NCBI RefSeq assembly: GCF_009914755.1
Contig: NC_060930.1
Source: the human T2T-CHM13v2.0 reference genome, Homo sapiens
DNA: 64,000 bases
Direction: 5' to 3' (one strand)
A model generated the notes under the pieces. It was not told the origin of the DNA and searched no databases. It was given only the letters and a program-made list of their open reading frames with translations. The position numbers were made by a program, and so were the translations under genes. This document shows positions 57,164 through 64,000 of this stretch, in pieces; within the stretch, counting starts at the first letter, position 1; every line of letters starts with the position of its first letter.

Positions 57164-58457
57164 CTACTCCAAACAGATCAGGAATATTAACCACAAAGTT
57201 CTCTTTGCCCTATCCCTTTTCAAAAACACATGAAGGTGAATCATACAATTTCCACACAAAAAATTTAAAAAATAAAAAGTTCAATGATAAATTCCTAATG
57301 CATAATCAGAACACCACCTAAAATGTTAAAATATAAAGAAAGAAAAGAGCCCAATGGATACTGAAAATTGAAATCTTTTTTTAAAAGTTAATATATATCC
57401 CATCTGCATTTGAAAAGAGATTTTTTTGGATGCATAAACATTTGAATTGTCACAGAGAGACAAAAGAGTAGTCCGAACAGCAAATCTTTGAAATAAATAC
57501 TGGTTCTCAATCTGACATTTCACATTAGCCATACTTATTGAAAATTACTTTCGGAGGAAAAAAAGGTGAGTCACACACAGCCATTCTCAAGACAATACAC
57601 AGTTACAAAGATTTCTGAAGAATTAACTTTTACATATAAAAATTATCACCCTATCTCCCTCCTTCATACACACGCATGCTAAGCTTTTGTCATACTTCAC
57701 AACTTAAGCAAATCACTCAAATGCACAGAAACTGGCAGATGCAAGTAATTAAGAAAACAGGCAACAATGAAAATCCATTTAAAGTTAAGATTATGCTTCT
57801 AAAATATACACTAATTGAATTTATTTAAAAGTTTAACAGCAGACAAAAGAGAAAAATAAACAGGCTAACCTATCTCATATGAGGATAAACTTTATCTTCA
57901 ATTCTAAAGATTCAAGATGCTAAAAAAAAAAACCCTTTCTCGTCCAGTTTTCACTTGACTAAAGCCCTACATGTTAACATCCTACATTCTATATTGTAGA
58001 CCAATGAAAAGTTTGAACAATGGTTTTTAATGTATTCATCTCTTTCTCTCTGGAAAATGATGTTTTAAATTTATTTATCACTTATTGTCCGAGAATTTGA
58101 AAAATATTTTAATTATTTCTGAATGCTTTAGTCTTATACATTGTAGAACGCTTCAGTAGGGACAAGCTGTGTCCTGAAACATCTCTAACATCTTACTGAC
58201 TTGTATTTGGCCCATGAAACATAATCTATACAACAAAATAATATAATTGTTCTAATGCTACAACATGAGAAAACATCTTGAAAATTTTCACTGGAGTGAG
58301 AGGTTAAGTTTGGATGATTTAAAGAGAAAATCATGCTCCTCTTACTAAAACTCAATGAAGCCCATCAGCATACTGAGTGGGGAGGGAGACAGCATTTAAT
58401 ATGCACGAAAATGCCATCGGCAGAGGAAACAAGCAGTGGGTTCAAAAATAAGCTCTC

Positions 58458-58655
58458 AACAATAGATGCTGGAAACTACTAGTTGGGGGAGAGGGGTGGG
58501 AAGGTAAGGGCTGAAAAACTACCTGTTGGAGACTATGCTCATTACTTGGGTGATGGGTTCGATCATATGCCAAACCTCAGCATCATACAATATACCTTTC
58601 TAACAAACCTGCATATGTACCCTCTGATTCTAAAATAAAAGTTGAAGAAAAAAAA
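58458..58655 (+). mobile_element. L1PB/L1MA 3' end
   Basis: ctgaaaaactacctgttgg...aaacctcagcatcatacaatatacc...aacctgcatatgtaccctctgattctaaaataaaagttg. Confidence 0.8.
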
Positions 58656-58846
58656 TGAGCTCTAATTTGGAAACTCACAAGAGCACATGCTCTGAATGGC
58701 AGCTTGAAGTTGGCAGGTTAGCGACTTCTTAATTGGGCAACTGCATCAACAGGGTAAGTAAAATGAGTGACCTGTTCAGCCATAATAAGTGACTTTCGAA
58801 GGAAAGCCAGCTATTTTCATATAATTAACAGATTTGAGTGTTAGTT

Positions 58847-60223
58847 TGCTATAGACTAAATGTGTCCCCCAAAATTCATATATTGGGGCCAAAGTCCCAA
58901 TGTGATAGTGTTGGGTGCTGGGGCCTTTGGAAGATGTGATATTATCATATAATAAGAAATATTTGGTCTCTGGCCATAGCTCTTGACATAGAGTTCCTAA
59001 AACCCTTCTGATTTCCTCAGTAATACAGACACTAAGAGAATCTTTTGTTCTGATATTTGGTCGTTGACCTCAGTTCCTGACATAGAGCTCCTAAGACCTT
59101 TGTGATTTCCTAAGTGACAGGAGTGTATGGCAGAGCTCCTAAGTCCCTTGGAATTCCTTCATGAGGGGCATCTTTTGTTTGAATGAGGTGACGCCTGGTG
59201 GCCTCCTGGATAGTCTTAGGGTAGGGGGAGCAGGGGACAGTGGCAGATGTTGCCAGGGAATCAACCATGTGATTAGACAGTTGGAACTGTCACCCTGTCA
59301 ACCTCTGAGGAGGGAAGAGGGGCTGAAGATTGAGCTGCTACCAATGGCCAATGATGTAATCAATCATGCTTATGTAATGAAGCTGCCATAAAAACCCAAT
59401 AGGATTCGTCTGGGGAGCTTCTGAATAGCTGAACACATGGAGTCCTGAGCATGGCATGCCCATAGAGGGCACAGAAATTCTGCTCCCCTTCTCCCATACC
59501 TCACCCTGTGTATCTCTTCCATCTGGCTGTTCATCTGTATCCTTTGTAATATTCTTTATAGTAAGTGGGTAAATGTAAGTAAAGTCTTTCTCTGAGTTCT
59601 GTGAGTCACTCTAGCAATTAATTGAACGTGAGAAGGGTCATGGGAATCCTAATTTATAGCTGATCAGTCTGAAATACGGATCACAATTTGGGACTTGTGA
59701 TTGGTATCTGAAGTGGGGGGCAGCATTATGAGACTGACCCCTTAACCTGTGGGGTCTGAAGCTAATTCCAGGTAGACAGTGTCAGAATTGAATTGAACTG
59801 AATTGAATTATAGGACATCCAGCTGGTATCTGTTGGAGAATTGTTTGGTGTATGGGGAGAAATACACACACATCTGGTCACAGAAGTGTTCTGTGTCATG
59901 TTCAATGGTGTATGAGAGTGAGTAGCAAAAAGAATCAGGTTTCCTCTCTCTCTGAGGAGGTAATTAGGTCATGAGGGTAGAGCCCGTGTGAATGGGATTA
60001 GCGCCCTTAGAAGAAGAAACAGGAGAGAAATGATGTCTCTCCACCACTCTCTACCAGCAAGATAGTGGCCATCTGTAAGCCAGGAAAAGGGCCCTCACCA
60101 GAACCCGACCATACTGGCAGCCTGTTCTCTGATTTCCAGCCTCCAGAACTATTGGAAATAAATGTATGTTGTTTAAGCTACCCAGCCGATGCTATTTTTG
60201 TCATAGTGGGCTAAACGAAGACA
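58847..60223 (+). mobile_element. MaLR solo LTR (MLT1A/MST-like) split by a MER21 insertion
   Basis: tgctatagactaaatgtgtccccc...gggcctttggaag resumes at ~59955 as gaggtaattaggtcatgagggtagagcc...ccagcctccagaact...aagaca. Confidence 0.8.
58935..59955 (+). mobile_element. MER21-type ERV LTR nested in the MaLR LTR
   Basis: tgtgatattatcatataataagaaatatttggtctc...; repeated gacatagag(c/t)tcctaa units; gtcagaattgaattgaa. Confidence 0.75.
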
Positions 60224-61195
60224 CTGTTTAGTTTGCACTTCTTAGTGATAAAATATTGTCACTGAAGTAAATTCTTCATTTTAGTAAACTAAAAAATATT
60301 TTAGAAAAAGGTACAAAAATCTACTGTAAGAATGTTATTTTTTTAAATCATTGGTTTTCTTAGAAGTCAGAAAGATCTTAGAGAAACTCCTCTATACCTT
60401 AAATAGTTTCACATATTTCCTAGAAAATTATGCCAGAAGTTTTAGTTTTAAAATAATGTAACAAATGAATTTTAAGCAACTAAAAGTGAAACTATGTACA
60501 CTTAACAATAAGAAAAAAATGTCAAAATGCCTCTTCGAGTAACATAAATACAAATAAGATAGTCTTTCTTTCTCCTTCATATCCTTATACCCAAGTCCTC
60601 ACAGCAATGGTATCTAATGTGGATATATGAGATGCTGCATTGGGACAGAGGAACAAAATGTTAGAACTTCCATTCATATTTTCATTTTATACTTTAAAAC
60701 TCTATATTTTTGTGTTTTATAATTATAACACATAGAATAATACAGTAATATGTTCACATGACTTATACATACATCTGCATATATGGGGATGCAGGCTGAA
60801 GATCATTTTTGACAGGGGTACATAATAAAAAACATCTGGATACATGTAAGAATGAAAGACAGGATTTCCCTTCTACACAGTGATCTTAAAAGAGCTAAGT
60901 TCCATTCTTCTCTTCAAATAAAATTTTGACTCAGATTTTAATTCATGCTCTATTTAGGGTAAAACATATGTCTAATCATCTGTTGTGGAATATTTTTACT
61001 TCACATATTCACACACAGAAATACACAATAACATTAAATATTGTGAAAAGCAGGGCAGTGAAAACAAAAAATACATATGTAAGATAGTAAAAAATATGTA
61101 TTGATAATCCACTGCACATTTGGTATAAACTAAATACTGTGGTTAGATAGAAAGATAATATACAATAGCTCTTTTCTCAAGAAACACATTAATCA

Positions 61196-61263
61196 CAAAC
61201 TCTTGGGCTTAAATGATCCTCCCCAAATGTTGGGATTACAGGTGTCAGCTTTTGCACCCGGCC
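61196..61263 (-). mobile_element. Inverted 5' head of the adjacent AluJ
   Basis: Reverse complement reads ggccgggtgcaaaagctgacacctgtaatcccaacatttggggaggatcatttaagcccaagagtttg. Confidence 0.85.
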
Positions 61264-61409
61264 TGAGAGATGTGCTTTGAGAAGTCTTCCCACTTCTCTG
61301 TGTTCTAGAAGTTTTTTAGTGGCCTCACTCAAATTGAGAGCTCAGTTACACCAATTCTTTAGTGATACTAGAAACTTGATTACAGCTGTAGTGCTACTTT
61401 TGTGCACAA

Positions 61410-61675
61410 AACATTTGGGGAGGATCATTTAAGCCCAAGAGTTTGAGACTAGCCTGGACAATACAGTGAGACCCCATCTCTACAAAAAAAATTTTAAAAA
61501 TTAGCTGCACATGACAGAGCATTCCTGTAGTCCTTACTTCTCAGGAGGCTGAGATGAGGAAGACTGCTTGAGCCCAGGAAGTCAAGGCTGCAGTGAGACA
61601 TGATTGTGCCACTGCACTCAGCCTGGGCAATAAAGTAACCCCTGTCTCTAAAAATAAATTCAATTCAATTCAATT
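61410..61675 (+). mobile_element. AluJ body lacking its first ~30 nt
   Basis: gaggatcatttaagcccaagagtttgagactagcctgg...ttgagcccaggaagtcaaggctgcagtgag; (AATTC)n tail. Confidence 0.88.
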
Positions 61676-62089
61676 AAGCACATTTCTCAACCTCTTAAAC
61701 CCACGTTCCCACTATTGATAAAGACCCTCAGAGATTCTACTTTGGCCTTAAGTTGAAGGCCTAACTCTGCCCAATCCCATCAACCAAGAGAATTTTGTGA
61801 AGTTCTACTTCCTGTGGTGGACATTACATAGCGAGTTCCTGTTATGTTTTCTAAATATCAAATTTAAATTTAAATATACTCTTTTCAAGACACATAGCCC
61901 CCGCCTCTAAGATTCTAATATACCTGCCAAAGAAGGCATGCCTTTTCCCAGATGCAGGAACACCATTTCACAGAGAAAGAGCACATAGAACACAATCTAT
62001 AACTAGTGAACATTTTTCTCCATATCTATTAGGACACCTTTCTTTAGAATTTACCTGTGAGACAGGAAGCAAGGACATGAATATCTTAC

Positions 62090-62213
62090 CAAGTGTTTTC
62101 TGGATATCATTCTTGGCTGGAAGTAAAGATCCCCTGGCATCTAAAAGCACTTCAGCCGTTTTCTTCAGTTTCTCTACAGCAACCTGCTGACTTGATATCT
62201 GTCCTTGCAAAGC
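62090..62213 (-). CDS. DST: DST exon, 124 nt, phase 0-1 ([16 protein letters not shown]...DIQKTL)
   Basis: cctacag|GCT acceptor, TTG|gtaaga donor. Confidence 0.94.
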
Positions 62214-62664
62214 CTGTAGGATTAAACGCTTTTCAATTATACTCAGCAGGACTAAATAATAGATTTCTAATGTGGAAAAAATGATTTCTAATAAGATAAA
62301 GTAAAATTGGACAGAATAAACTTTTCATCATACCAACTTTCATCATCAACTTACTCCAGAGTTCTTCGAATAAGGCCAGTTATAAAGCAGCATTAGCAAA
62401 AGCATCAGCCAGTCTGGATAACACAAATTAAGTTTTGAAATAAACCTTTGAGCATATGTTCATAATAATTTCCCTGGTTCCTGATCATACAACCCTCTAA
62501 CTTTATACCCTTAACCCCTACTTCTAGGCTTTGTACAATACCCCAACTACTACTAAAACAAACAACAACCAAAATTTGAGACCACTTCTGACTCCAGGAA
62601 AGGAGATAAATAAGCTCGCCCAAATCAGTAGATCCTGACTCAATACTGAGTCATGTTTATTTCT

Positions 62665-63355
62665 GTTAATTCAATAAAAGTTACTGAACATCTAACAAAT
62701 TCAAAAAGCCTTGCTACATTTTGTGAATATACAAAAATAAAAACAGACACAAAGCTTACTTTCAGGGATTTTATGGTTCGAGGCAGGAAGTGGTAAGTGC
62801 CACAGGTGAGTCTGAAAAAATGCTGCTGGAAGTTAACAGGAAAAAAATGGGAGGGAAATGAGGGCCACCTCAATGGTAATGACACTGAGATGGCTCCTTA
62901 AGAAAGTGTGGATTTGGGAGAACCACTCCCTGCAGAACAAACAGAAGACACAAAGATGAGGACAGAAGAATCACAGGAGAAGGGGAGAGTCCCATCCAGT
63001 TTGACAATGCTTATGGGTGAGTAAATAGAAATAGGCCTGGAAAGGCTTCAAACATCAGGCTAAGGAGTTTACATTTTATCCCATAGCAATGGGGAGTTAT
63101 GCAGGGCTTTTGGGTAAGGGGTTGAGATGCTCAGGGCTGTCCTATAGGAAGGCTAAATTTGTAGCACTGCATGGGAAAAGTCCAATGGAAACGAAATAAA
63201 GGAGAGATACCAGCTGGGGACAACTTCAGCAGTAACAAAGCAGTGAGGACTACTGAAGGCCAAGGGCTGAAGACAATTCCACCGTTCGGTCTGTTTGGAC
63301 TGAGAAGGTGGAATTAGTTAGAGTTGGGAAGAGTCCAAAGGACTTGGTAACACTA
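62665..63355 (-). mobile_element. L2 LINE fragment, continuing after ~63915
   Basis: ttcaataaaagttactgaacatct; ggctaaggagtttacattttatcccatagcaatggggag. Confidence 0.6.
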
Positions 63356-63359
63356 TGCA

Positions 63360-63912
63360 AAGCTGTGCTGCCACTATGGTAGCTACCAACTACAGGTAGC
63401 TTTTAAAATTTAAATTAATTGAAATTTTAAACAATTAAAAATTCCATTCCTTGGTTACAGTAGCCACATTTCAAGTGCTAAGTAGTCACTGTGGCTAGTG
63501 GCTACCAATTGAACAGAGCAAAATATAAGTAAAGTATTTCCAGCTGGTGCGGTGGCTCACTTGTAATCCCAACGCTTTTTGGGAGGCCAACTTGGGAGGA
63601 TCACTTGAGGCCAGGAGTTCAAGACCAGCCTGGGTAATAAAGTGAGACCTTGTCTTTACAAAAAAAAATTAAAAAATTAGCCGGGCACGGTAGTCTGTGC
63701 CTGTAGTCTCAATTACTCAGGAGCTGAGTCAGGAAGACCGCATGAGCCCAGGAATTTGAGGCTGCAGTGGGCTATGATCATGCTACTGTTAATTCCAGCC
63801 TGGGTGACAGAGTGATATTCCTACTTTCTTAAAATAAATAAATAAATAAATAAATAAAAATTTAAAAAAATAAATTTCATAATTACAGAATGTTCTAGTA
63901 GACAGCACTGCT
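63360..63912. mobile_element. MER3-like hAT element interrupted by an Alu
   Basis: tagccacatttcaagtgctaagtagtcactgtggctagtggctacc; resumes after the Alu as cagaatgttctagtagacagcactg. Confidence 0.7.
63542..63870 (+). mobile_element. AluJ-type SINE with (TAAA)n tail
   Basis: ggtggctcacttgtaatcccaacg...gaggatcacttgaggccaggagttcaag...tgagcccaggaatttgaggctgcagtg. Confidence 0.9.
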
Positions 63913-64000
63913 GGAGAGGGCAGGAACAAAGGACAAGAGGAGACAAGAGTAGAAGTGTCCAAAGATTTTGAGCCTAGGTAATTAGCGGAATTTACTTTTT

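Noticed and set aside
57164-57169. GAGTAG tandem (NAGNAG) acceptor that would add a Val
   Set aside because: GAG acceptors are rarely used and there is no supporting evidence.
58980-59160. Three similar ~40-60 bp units (gacatagagctcctaag...) resembling a spaced repeat array
   Set aside because: This is the internal repeat structure of the MER21 LTR, not CRISPR-like.
62055-62089. Downstream alternative donor cag|gtaaat
   Set aside because: It would add 35 nt and shift the frame; the canonical donor is adequate and nothing else supports it.

Overview
Primate (very probably human) genomic DNA from the middle of the dystonin gene (DST/BPAG1, a spectraplakin), transcribed on the minus strand. 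I traced 22 GT-AG exons from 62213 down to 487 by hand. Their phases chain into one open frame (5454 nt, 1818 codons) encoding consecutive spectrin repeats of the rod domain. The introns carry ordinary repeats (Alu, L1, L2, MIR, hAT MERs, MaLR/MER21 LTRs). The main surprise is in the ~15 kb intron 20221-35458. It holds a CpG island (~25.8-26.45 kb) followed by a 431-codon non-spectrin ORF that starts at a strong-Kozak MGKPLS...C...C (myristoylation/palmitoylation-type) start and ends at a phase-0 splice donor in frame with the next spectrin exon. From memory it resembles the KIAA0754 exon nested in the paralog MACF1. This implies an internal promoter producing a short, membrane-anchored dystonin without the actin-binding and plakin domains, and possibly an unspliced stand-alone protein. 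Other notable items: a micro-inversion that split an old Alu (supported by its displaced TSD), an internally deleted sense-strand L1PA, a frameshifting internal donor, two symmetric cassette-type exons, and several cryptic exon candidates. Repeat family names and paralog identities are from recognition, not from searches.
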